A DNA stretch of 63,483 nucleotides, the filler included. It is 4 parts of 4 records of this genome, joined end to end, with 100 filler letters (N's around TTAATTAATTAA, not from the genome) between each part and the next. Parts side by side here need not be neighbours in the genome. Positions count along the whole stretch, not along the records: positions 1 to 24,091 come from DRR723986_5252; 3 more parts are not named here. One strand, given 5' to 3'. Made by a program: the position numbers and the translations under genes. Shown piece after piece: positions 1 through 9,600 of the stretch; position 1 is the first letter of the stretch, and every line of letters starts with the position of its first letter. The notes beneath the pieces are model-generated. The model did not search any database. It was not told where the DNA came from and saw nothing but the letters and a program-made list of their open reading frames with translations.

Positions 1-29
1 CGAATTACACCACCTGATGGGACGCTACC
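1..29. mobile_element. possible IS256-family right-end remnant at contig start
   Basis: CGAATTACACCACCTGATGGGACGCTACC resembles the TTACACCAC..GGGAC....CC ends I recall for IS256-family elements; it sits exactly at the contig edge. Confidence 0.35.
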
Positions 30-617
30 CGGGCAATCATCACATCCCGAGAAGCCTTCAGCTTTCTGCCAATGTCGTTGTCTACTGCAAACGACGGGCG
101 ATACGACCTCCCCATCTGGGTTAAGAGAGGCGCCGCAGACTTTGTGCTGGCTGAGCTTTCACTAATAGAACACTCCTCCGCTGACGATGACTGTTCTCCA
201 ACTCCGAAAGACACCCATCATTGACGGTCCATTTCCGGCACACATGTGTATTCGTGCGGCTAGCTCTGATACAGAAGTTGATCGTTCTACCGATCCGAAT
301 CCATGGGCGGATCACATCCATAAAACGTCGGAACTTCAAATTGGGCAGTCCACCAAATGCATGATCTTCAAGGATTCACCGGACCACGAAACTCCTGCAC
401 TCCGGATCCCACCAAAGGATCATCCTAGCATCGAGGAAAGCCTATCCAACATCATCGGTGTGCAGGCAATCTTTCTCGTCCATTGCGCCGAACACCGTTG
501 ATATCGCGACCAGGGGGAACAACACACCCACGCAGGCCAAATGGGTGAATTTCCATATAGAACAAACTGTCTACGTTCGGCTGTAAAATAGAAACTCCAT
601 CACTTAAGGATAACAGT

Positions 618-1043
618 TTGAGGAACCTAAAATGGAAGACCAGCGCTATTCTGGCTGCACTCGGATTTATTTCAGGAACGGTATATTCTGAAATCGCCTA
701 CCCTCCTCTCCAGGTAATCCTCGCCTCGTCAGAAACGACGCTCCAACAAACAATCGAATACCCCCCAGGCCCGGCCAAGATCACTGCCGCGATCGCAACG
801 GTGCCCTCAGGTAGCAGCACGGGATGGCATAAACATAACGCACCCATGTTTGCTTGGATCATGGAGGGCGAGCTGACCGTTGATTATGGCGAGGAAGGTC
901 GTCGGATCTATCGAGCTGGAGACGGGCTCGTGGAGGCCTTCAAATCCTACCACAACGGCACGAATACAGGGCCATCAGAGGCAAGGATCATGGTAGTATT
1001 TGCCGGCGCCGAGGGGACCTCGAATACCGAACCGCTTCCTTGA
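618..1043 (+). CDS. exported cupin-domain protein
   Basis: TTG start after TAAGGA; N-terminal signal-like segment; cupin motifs GWHKH...EGEL and YHNG. Confidence 0.8.
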   Translation: MRNLKWKTSAILAALGFISGTVYSEIAYPPLQVILASSETTLQQTIEYPPGPAKITAAIATVPSGSSTGWHKHNAPMFAWIMEGELTVDYGEEGRRIYRAGDGLVEAFKSYHNGTNTGPSEARIMVVFAGAEGTSNTEPLP

Positions 1044-1472
1044 AGCGCAAATAGCAAGTGAACCAGTCTGTCTCAAAAACACAAACACGCCCTTACATGA
1101 TCAAGGATGATCGTACCGAACACTGAGGTTATGTCCCCAAGTTGTTGTCCGATAATGATCCTGGGTGCCTCCCTCACCAAGGCGGGATCTCCACAACGAC
1201 CGCAAAACCACCCATTCGGGTTAATTATTGTCAGGGCGAATCACGACTACTGTTGAGACAATGCCGGCATCATGAGGTTCCTATCCTCAGCACGTCCCCC
1301 ACCCAGTGACCGGTCACTTATCCCAGAATCCCCGGGAGAGTGGTTGGAGGTGCCGGCAGGTTCCCACCCCGAATGCGTCCATAGGAAAGGGTGATCATGG
1401 CTTCGGCCAACAGCTCACCTTCGGTCAAAAGGAAGGCGCAATAGAAAAATTCCGACCTGAAAGAATGTGCTT

Positions 1473-1829
1473 ATGCCAACCATATCAAAGAAATACCTTT
1501 TCCAACTCTCGGCTCTTGCCGTCTTAGCATCAACTTCTGCATGTCTGCTTTTCCCAGCAGAAGCAGATCGCGGTCGGCGCGGGCACGATGAAGACTCTCA
1601 TCACAGCAATCTGGGAAATGTGGAGATCATCAATCAGATCAAATCAGATCTCATCGGGCAGGGCTTTCGGATCCTCAAGTTGGAGTATTCTGATGGCATG
1701 ATTGAAGCCAAGGGCTATGAAGCCAATGGCCGGTGCGTTGAAGTTTATTTCAATCGAACCAGTGGCGAGGAAGTCTTTCGCGAACTTGAAGACAATTGTT
1801 CACGCTACACCGAAAAGCGTCTGCGCTAG
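1473..1829 (+). CDS. PepSY-domain exported protein with a short His/acidic linker
   Basis: signal peptide; GF(R)I.KLE.SDG.IEAKG...GR.VEVYF...SGE pattern of PepSY_2; GHDEDSHH linker. Confidence 0.7.
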   Translation: MPTISKKYLFQLSALAVLASTSACLLFPAEADRGRRGHDEDSHHSNLGNVEIINQIKSDLIGQGFRILKLEYSDGMIEAKGYEANGRCVEVYFNRTSGEEVFRELEDNCSRYTEKRLR

Positions 1830-1913
1830 CGGGCTTTTGAGAACGCAATACGGGGGGCCGGGCCAGGACAAAATCGATCCGGGTGCAGGCCTTTCAGCCC
1901 AGCACATGCCTAT

Positions 1914-3263
1914 TCATTGAATATCGGTCGGATCGACCCAGACACCTTTGCTCTCCAGGCTCCCAGTGCCCTTGTTGTAGCGGACAATCAGCGCTCCATT
2001 TGACCCAGTATGATCGTTAGGGGCGAAGGACATAGTATTTGAGATACCACCACGAAACTCGCGAACATCCTCCAATGCCTCAACAAACTTTCCACGATCT
2101 ATCTGACGTCCTGTCCGGATAAGCGCCTCCGTAAGAAGCGCCGCAGCAGTATAGGCGCGGGCTTCATCCAGAATATATTGCCCGCTTGACCCGGCGCGGG
2201 CTCTCAAGCGAGCAAAATTTGAGCGGGCTTGTGGTGCAACCGCGCTGAAGTCCACTGGCAATGCAACATGGACAGTGCCTTTGACGGCGTTGCGCTGGTC
2301 CGGGCTCATTGCCGAGAACACATCATGCGGCATCAAAATCGTCTGTTTGGAGGTGATCGTCTCAAGACATCCAGGATCAGATGCGATCACAACCTCATCC
2401 CTCCCCCCTTCGCAGGCATCTGGTGGGGCAAGACGGCCATACGCCCGTACGGCATACATCCGCAGAGCCGCCAGCTGCTCGTCTGGACCGGCAATAAGAC
2501 GAAAGCCTTTGGCATCCGGGCGAGACTCTCCCCACCATCCCAGGATGGGCACATCGTCGGTCAGGACGACCGAATGTCTGGAAGGACTGAGCATCACGGC
2601 AAACACCGAATGGGCACCATCACCGGTTTGCAACCAGTCCCATTCCAGCTTGCGACCATGTATGCCGCCGAGGGCATTTATATCCTCCGCAAACGCCTCA
2701 AGCAGGTGACGGATATCATTTGCATGTGACGTCTCAAGGTCATGGCCCAGGTACACACCAATCGTGATGCCGGCCTCTGCGACGCCTGGATCTGATGCAA
2801 CATCGATCTTGTCCAGAAACGCCCAGATATCAGCCAGGGCATCTTTACCGAGATCGAAACGGGGCATAGCCGAGTTAAGCTGATTACCGCCGGAATCGAT
2901 GCCGGTCTGAACGGCGCGGATAAAGAGCTCTTTTGTATATCCAGGCCGGACACGGCCTGCCTGCATCCGAACATCATAGGGCCGCGTCAGCGAGCTTCTC
3001 GTAAGATTTGTTGGCTGAACACCCCGTTCGCTCCGGCCTTGCCCACGTGTGCCATGACAGCTCGCACAGGGAAAGGAGCTGGCGGGAAGGTCAAAATCGG
3101 TCCCCTCGATGCGTGCCGTTGCCGCGTCCAGACCAGATCCTGACTGACCGAAATAGGCTGCCTTTCCTCGCACCTCGGAGCTCGTGAGTTGCGGCTCGGC
3201 CAGAACCACGCCGTGCCAAAAGGCACATGCACCGAGTAAGGCAAATCTAGCGAACCTGCTCAT
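1914..3263 (-). CDS. c-type cytochrome fused to a periplasmic (Peripla_BP_6-like) ligand-binding domain
   Basis: signal peptide; CASCH heme motif; SAMPRF axial Met; followed by TIGV...INALGGIHGRKLE, typical of LIV-type binding proteins. Confidence 0.8.
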   Translation of the reverse strand: MSRFARFALLGACAFWHGVVLAEPQLTSSEVRGKAAYFGQSGSGLDAATARIEGTDFDLPASSFPCASCHGTRGQGRSERGVQPTNLTRSSLTRPYDVRMQAGRVRPGYTKELFIRAVQTGIDSGGNQLNSAMPRFDLGKDALADIWAFLDKIDVASDPGVAEAGITIGVYLGHDLETSHANDIRHLLEAFAEDINALGGIHGRKLEWDWLQTGDGAHSVFAVMLSPSRHSVVLTDDVPILGWWGESRPDAKGFRLIAGPDEQLAALRMYAVRAYGRLAPPDACEGGRDEVVIASDPGCLETITSKQTILMPHDVFSAMSPDQRNAVKGTVHVALPVDFSAVAPQARSNFARLRARAGSSGQYILDEARAYTAAALLTEALIRTGRQIDRGKFVEALEDVREFRGGISNTMSFAPNDHTGSNGALIVRYNKGTGSLESKGVWVDPTDIQ

Positions 3264-3879
3264 CAGCAATATCAGAAATATGGCCCGCCAGGACTGCGTC
3301 GCTCAGGAAAGCTGGGAGTTTACGCCATCTCGATGTCTCAAGATTGCCGATCATAAGCGCGGTGAGGTGGTCCTCCTTGCCGAACACCTGCCCCAGCTTT
3401 GCATTGACCTTTTCCACGGACGCCTTGTCACCGGTGAGGAAGATCCAGCCATCGCCGGCGTTAAACTGCTCGCGATACTCGGCCAGCACGCCCGGTGTAT
3501 CTGTTTCAGGATCAACCGTTATGGAGACGAAGATGACATCCTTCCCCATGCGCGGCTTGATCCGCTCCTGCACCCTGGAAAGAGTGGAATTGATCAGTGG
3601 GCAAGCATCCTCACATGTTGTGAAAATGAAACTGATCACAACCGTTTTCCCGTCCAGAACATCCGAAAACAGCCGGACCTTCTTGCCTTCATGGGTCAAC
3701 AGAACCGTGTCAGTGAAATATGACTTCGCTTTCCTGCGCTCGAGGGAGCGATCGACGGTCCGAGCCTCACTTCCATGGCCTTGGTGTGCAGACGGATCAT
3801 GGCCTTCATGCTGGGCAGCTGCAGGTCCAGTGGAGCCCATGAGAAGCAGTGCAACCAGCATAGACAACTTGTTTCTCAT
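3247..3879 (-). CDS. SCO1/SenC-family copper chaperone
   Basis: FIFTTCEDACP (CxxxC), SITVDPETDTP, distal His (EDH); signal peptide and His-rich N-terminus; ATGA overlap with the upstream gene. Confidence 0.9.
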   Translation of the reverse strand: MRNKLSMLVALLLMGSTGPAAAQHEGHDPSAHQGHGSEARTVDRSLERRKAKSYFTDTVLLTHEGKKVRLFSDVLDGKTVVISFIFTTCEDACPLINSTLSRVQERIKPRMGKDVIFVSITVDPETDTPGVLAEYREQFNAGDGWIFLTGDKASVEKVNAKLGQVFGKEDHLTALMIGNLETSRWRKLPAFLSDAVLAGHISDIADEQVR

Positions 3880-4640
3880 TCCGATGCTCCCGATTTCGTC
3901 CCGTCTGTGGAACATGTTTCCTTCGCAATTTCTCTTCGCATCAGGTAATTGCGGACCTCCTGCTCTACACGGGCAGGATCCGGCAAACCGAAGAGCCTGA
4001 TGAACCGACCGGTTGATGCGTCCCCTATCAGGATCATTGGCGCATGATCTTCAGGATTGGTGGAATAAGCGTCCATTTCGTTCAGCGCTTTGTCCATCAC
4101 GGCTTTCTCGCCTGTCAGAAAGGTCCAGTCTGCACGATGGCGTTCAGAAAAGGCCTTCAGCCGCTCTGGCGTATCGGTGTTCGCATCGATACTCATCGAC
4201 ACAAATTGTAGTTCTGAGTCAGGCACATCTTTCAGACGCTCACGGGCTTCCACCAGCAGGCTGGTCGTGACTGGGCAGATCGTCTGGCAACTGGTAAAAA
4301 TAAAATCAACCACCATAACCTTGTCGCCGGCAACGTCGCCTTTGAGCTTCCTGGGGGCACCAGTTTGATCGCGCATCGGCTCCGAGCTCAGCCTGACCTC
4401 GGCTTCATCCTTGCGGGCCTCAAAACCTGCCGCCATCATCTCCTGGTGCGCGGCATGGTCTTCGTGCGATGCGGCTGGATGTGACGCATGGCCAGCATGC
4501 ATATCATGATCGGCAGGATTTGTTTCCGAACCGGCCTGACCACAGGAAGACAAGCAAAGAAACAGGCACGCCAGAACGCCGGCATTGATCGGGCGGAAGT
4601 GCAAGACCTGCCCGGAAACACAACTTAGCCTATTGATCAT
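3876..4640 (-). CDS. SCO1/SenC-family copper chaperone, probable lipoprotein
   Basis: FIFTSCQTICP, SMSIDANTDTP, EDH; lipobox-like LSSC; His/Met-rich linker DHDMHAGHASHPAASHEDHAAHQEMM. Confidence 0.9.
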   Translation of the reverse strand: MINRLSCVSGQVLHFRPINAGVLACLFLCLSSCGQAGSETNPADHDMHAGHASHPAASHEDHAAHQEMMAAGFEARKDEAEVRLSSEPMRDQTGAPRKLKGDVAGDKVMVVDFIFTSCQTICPVTTSLLVEARERLKDVPDSELQFVSMSIDANTDTPERLKAFSERHRADWTFLTGEKAVMDKALNEMDAYSTNPEDHAPMILIGDASTGRFIRLFGLPDPARVEQEVRNYLMRREIAKETCSTDGTKSGASE

Positions 4641-6549
4641 CCGAGTTCTGGCCTCCCTGCTGCGCAATCAGTGTAATGAATGGAAACGAAGAGAAGTCCA
4701 TTCCATGTGATTTAGCGGCGGGATACACATAGTAGGCTCCCGATCGCTCTGGTGTGAACGTTACGGAGAAACGCCCCTCCCCGGCTGCTTCGGCCAGGTG
4801 GATTTCCCGGTCCTGCCCGGGAGACCTGTATGTCAGAACCTCAACTGTCCCGACATCCAGCTCCTTGTCGAGGGTGCCTTCAAGGGAAAATTCGATCCGG
4901 ACCGGTTTGCCTGTCTCCACGATTTGTCCGGATTTCATATCGTAGGCAATGGAAATCGGGCCTTCATCCGTCACCAGTTCCGGGTCAGGCTCAACAGAAA
5001 AGCTGAAACATTGTATGATCTGAGGTGAATCCAGGGTCATGATCATCTGGAAATCGCCCGCTGCCGGCAATTTCAACAAAGCTTCATACTCGCCGGGCTG
5101 CACTTCCTTGATCGTCCGGTCAGCTACCATGGCCGACAAAGGGCGATGTCCGTAGTTCCGAAAACTGCCCATGGGTGCGTTCATGCCTTCCATGTAATAG
5201 TAGACCGTGGCATCGCCCGGGCTGACCGACAGAGTGGCCGCCTCAGTAACGGCAGGTGCAAAAAGGTCCGATGGCAAGAGCATGGGCGAATCCATTGGCG
5301 GCCGGTCACCCGCATCATACCCTACAACCACCGGGTCTGCGTCCTGTCCGATTGTATTGAGGCGGATCATCGAAACCCGAGTCGTCTCCAGGGCACGCAC
5401 AAAGGCATAATTCCGGGAGAAGGCTACCTGGAATGGTTTGCCATCGATCGCGATCTCATGGACTTCGGAATTGATCGCCGTATCGAAAACATGAACCTTG
5501 CTTTTTGCGGGATTGACAACAAAACCATACCGCCCGTCAGGGGTGATGCGCATTGGCCCCAGCCCCGGCTGAAGCTCTATGTTCGCCCTCACATCGAGAG
5601 CGTCCGGATCAATGACCGTGATATCACCTGAATCGCCGGAGGCGACATAGACTGACTGCGACAGGTCCGACCACGCCACCGAGAGCGGGGTCTGCCCAGT
5701 CTGAAGTGTCTTGATCGTTTCGAGCCTGGCGACGTCGACAATACTGACTGTGTCATCAAGCCGGTTGGTGACGAATGCAAGTCGGCTGTCATTCGTAAAC
5801 GCAAATTCATGATGTCCCCGGCCTGTCGCGAGATATCCGACTTTCTCCATCGTTTCGGTATCGAGGATTGCGACGCCGGATTCCTCTATCCCCTGCAGTC
5901 CTACCCAGGCGTATTTTCCGTCCGGCTGGACCGCGATCCTGTTCGGACGTTCACCGATTTTGACCGATCGCCCCAATTTGAAGGCTTCAAGGTCCACCTC
6001 GGCAACCGCGTCGATATAGGGCATGGCGACATATACACTCTTTTCATCAAGAGAGCGCGCCCAGTCCCCTGCCCGGGATGGTAGAATGATCTGGGTCAGG
6101 AGTTTCGTGATCCCCTTGATGCCTACGATCGGGTCGATGATCGCGATCGTCGGGTCCTCATTGAGCACAACGAGATAATAGGAGTTCAAATCAACCATGG
6201 GCCGGATGCCGACATAGCCGCTGAGATAGGTCCCGGCGGACTGACGGCAGGATTGTTCTGTCAGGGAATTGACGTCCTGGAGCGGATCGATCCAGCCAGC
6301 CGGATAGATCCCGGAGACCGGCTTGCCTGACCTTGAATCCGAGATCTTGAGCGTCAGCGCCGCAATCCCACCTTCCTTGAGCTCCGGCTCGAGCGGGTCC
6401 GTCGAGCGCGCCTCGAATTCGACGCGCAATCCCTCCCGCTCGACAGTTTGGGCCCCGGCATCATTTTGCGGGGCCCGGCTGCACGCCTGAGTTAAAGCGA
6501 GCGATGCGCACAACGCGATCGCAGGACCGACAATCGGGTTTCTATTCAT
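4630..6549 (-). CDS. YncE/cytochrome cd1-like beta-propeller lipoprotein with C-terminal Ig-like (YtkA/FixH-like) domain
   Basis: ATG at 6549 with GGAGA RBS; LTQAC lipobox; YVTN-type repeats (PDGKYAWV, FVTNRLDDTVSIVD, TPDGRYGFV). Confidence 0.8.
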   Translation of the reverse strand: MNRNPIVGPAIALCASLALTQACSRAPQNDAGAQTVEREGLRVEFEARSTDPLEPELKEGGIAALTLKISDSRSGKPVSGIYPAGWIDPLQDVNSLTEQSCRQSAGTYLSGYVGIRPMVDLNSYYLVVLNEDPTIAIIDPIVGIKGITKLLTQIILPSRAGDWARSLDEKSVYVAMPYIDAVAEVDLEAFKLGRSVKIGERPNRIAVQPDGKYAWVGLQGIEESGVAILDTETMEKVGYLATGRGHHEFAFTNDSRLAFVTNRLDDTVSIVDVARLETIKTLQTGQTPLSVAWSDLSQSVYVASGDSGDITVIDPDALDVRANIELQPGLGPMRITPDGRYGFVVNPAKSKVHVFDTAINSEVHEIAIDGKPFQVAFSRNYAFVRALETTRVSMIRLNTIGQDADPVVVGYDAGDRPPMDSPMLLPSDLFAPAVTEAATLSVSPGDATVYYYMEGMNAPMGSFRNYGHRPLSAMVADRTIKEVQPGEYEALLKLPAAGDFQMIMTLDSPQIIQCFSFSVEPDPELVTDEGPISIAYDMKSGQIVETGKPVRIEFSLEGTLDKELDVGTVEVLTYRSPGQDREIHLAEAAGEGRFSVTFTPERSGAYYVYPAAKSHGMDFSSFPFITLIAQQGGQNSDDQ

Positions 6550-6566
6550 CGGCGTCTCCGAAAAGA

Positions 6567-6601
6567 GGAGAGACAGCCCCTTTAAAAGGTGCCGTCTCTC
6601 C
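6567..6601 (-). terminator. intercistronic stem-loop (partial terminator or mRNA stabiliser) after the multicopper oxidase gene
   Basis: minus strand GGAGAGACGGCACCTT-TTA-AAGGGGCTGTCTCTCC followed by TCTTTT. Confidence 0.55.
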
Positions 6602-6616
6602 ATAAAGAACCGTGCC

Positions 6617-9600
6617 TTACGGTGATGGGGCAGCGTTCTCAACCGCGTCTTCTTCGACCCGAATGATACCCCAAAGGCCATTCAGGTTTCCGAAGGAGGC
6701 ATAATCCCGGTAAAGATAGTCGCCCGGGACCTGGAACGGACCACCTGCCTCCGTCATGATGTTCCATGCGTTTGGCGGCATGATGTTGTCCTGCGCGGTC
6801 ATGAAGCGCTGCGCATCATTCCAGGCCATCGTGTCGGAAGGGAAGTCCTTCGTCACGAACGGCTCCTGCGTCCAGTTGTGCCCCAGAATGCCGAGCACGG
6901 TGTTGCGCGCATATCCGGCCGGGCTGGTGACGCGAAGACGGATCTCCTGGCCTGGCGTTGCTAGATAGACAGGTGTCTGTGGTTCCTGACCGACAAGGTC
7001 GTTGGAATATGCCCGGTACATGTCCGAGATCGAGGCAAGTCCCGGTCCATTGGCCCCTTCTGCTGCATCACCATCCGTGTCACCGCCCATACCCCAGGCC
7101 GTGCCAGCGCCGAAGCGATAGCGGAACCAGAGTGGCTCGGTTCTGAGGTTGATAGCCGCGCCGCCAGCATCGTGGGCATCTTCCGGTACGCCCGGGCCTT
7201 CGCCTGCGATATTCTCAACTGGCGTGCCATCACGGTAACGCAGTCCGACCGCTTTCTGGATAATCATCGAGAAGTCACGGAATGTGTCCCCATTTGGCAG
7301 AGTAACCGTCGCCTGTGCCGATGTCCCCGGATCATTCACAAAGGTTGCCCCCTCCGGAAGCACTGTAATCGCACCAAAGAGCCCCTTCTGACCCTGTTTG
7401 ATCAGGTCCGCAGGCTGGACGGTGATGGCGCCATACTCCACCGGCTTAGCAACAAGGTTGAACCGGTTCCCGAAAAGCGCGCCATAGTTTCCAGTACCGT
7501 TGCCGGTATTTGCCCGCGGTTCGAGCTCGAGATCTCCGGCATAGTAGCGATAGGTGCGTGTCGCGCCTGGTGCCACAGTCTGCACAGGGTTGATACCGAC
7601 GTTCACGCCATCATCGCGGGAGATATCATATTCGAGCTTCATACCGTGGAACCCGACATGGCTGGAAGCACGGATGAGGTTGTTGTTGAACGTTGTCACC
7701 CCTTCCGGACTCGTCCGGTCACGAATGACCACAGTCTGCTGCTGAACATAGGACGCCAGGTCCGGGGTCTTTTCAGGAAGACGGTTGCGAACCGTGACTT
7801 CCAGACACTGGCCTGCTGCAACACGCAGGGTTGGCGGCTCAAAGCTGTAATTGTTCGGAACCTTGACCGGACAAGACAGATTGCGTGTTCCACCAAGGCG
7901 TTCAGCACACATACGCTTGTCGATACGCGTCGCGATGTCCTTCTTAAGGTCATCTGTTGGCACATAGACCAGCGCTGTCGGGTCATGAAGCGGCCCGCGC
8001 TCTCCATTGGACAGCCTCACACCGCGGGAGTTGTAACGCAGCGTGCCGCCATTGGGATCAAGATCACCACCCTCGTGCATCCGTGCGGAATCGTCATCCG
8101 GAATGATTGAGGTGACGAATGGCGTTTTCAGCACACTGTTCACGGTCACAGCCGTCAGGTCATAGCTCACCACGTCCGCATTCGCCGGGCAAACCCCATT
8201 GAACTCATCGCGGTTCGCAATCGTGATCGGCAGGCGCCGCGGGTTGTTCGGCAATTCGAACAAATCCCTCTGGGACCGCTCATAAGAGCGCAGCACGCCC
8301 CAGGTTCCGGTCCAGAGACCTTCCTGCGAGCCATCCCAAGCGTAGAGATAGTCGGACACACGCTTGGCTTCGTCGACATCGCCGAAGATCGATGTTGCGA
8401 AGGTTGCCTTTTCCGACAAGCCGATCGGCATTGAGGAACGCCAACCAGAGTTGATGCTCTCGCCAAACGACCCACCGCCTTCGAGCCATTTCACACCGTG
8501 AATGGTTGCGCTGTGCTCGTGTTCATGGCCACCAGCCTGCATCCGGACACGGACGAGGTCGCCCGCATTCGCACGAAGGATGGGCGTGAAGGGGTCGCCA
8601 TTGCGAACATCCCCTGTAAGCGCCGGATAAGGCGTATCGCCAAGCTTGGTGTTGAACTCAGACATAGCACGGTCGGTCCGGGTCTGAAGCGCGAACGCCA
8701 GATCACCGCCCAGGCCATCAGCCTGAGTCCCCGGCTTGCCGTCAGGTCCGGTCTTGTTCGGATCGTAGACACGATAGCCGACAGGCTCGTTACGATAATT
8801 GATCAGGAATGTGCCCACATCTGCAGCCGAAATGGCTTCCGGACATGGACGCGGTACGCCGCCAGGACAGGTCGAAATGGCCTGAACGGCATCCGGGAAC
8901 GGCGCGGAGCGACGCACAGATGGATTGATGGCGTAGCGGAAGCTGTCCTCGGTCGGAGGTGCCGGCAGACCATTCTCATCTACACCGACATAGGCCGATG
9001 CGTTGTAGGCGTGCGCGAAGTCCTGCGCTTCGAGATAAAACTCGCGATAGGTATCGTCCTGCCCGTCTCCATCAATGTCGCCCGCCATGATGACGGCCTG
9101 CCACGAGGTCGGACCGCCGTCTTCCCGCGTGTAGAGATCTTCGCCCGTCTCGTTGTGCTTCCAAGTTGAACCGGCGGGATTAATCAGAAGAGTTGCATAT
9201 AGCCCCACCTGCTGGTGCGTAGACGGACCGAAATGGTCGTGTGTGAAAATCACGCCCAGGCCGCGATCGACGCCGTCGACATTATGGACCGGGTCAGCAA
9301 ACCAGCGCTGAATTGTCGTTCGGGCGCCCATATAGTGGTTATCCGGACCGGCACCGAAGAATGGGTGCGGTTCTGCCTCAAGCAGGTCTTCACCGGTCTG
9401 TTCTTCCAGGATGAAACGGTTGATCGCCTTGATACGGTGAATAACGGCTTCAGCGCCCAGCGTACCGTCTTCATAGTTCCAGCCATTGGCCGCCCCGTCA
9501 GCAGAGACGAGGTCCCATTTCGGCAGGTGAATGTGCTGGCCGATAATATCGGTCGGCGTGGTCACCTGATAGTCGTCCAGAAGGTAGAATTCCGGGACAA

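Noticed and set aside
5-501. Short ORFs at the contig 1 start (5-214, 121-339, 187-501)
   Set aside because: No recognisable motifs or RBS; likely degenerate IS-adjacent DNA
6602-6617. GGCACGGTTCTTTAT after the mnxG stop as an internal sigma54 promoter
   Set aside because: Good -24 element but the -12 is TA rather than GC
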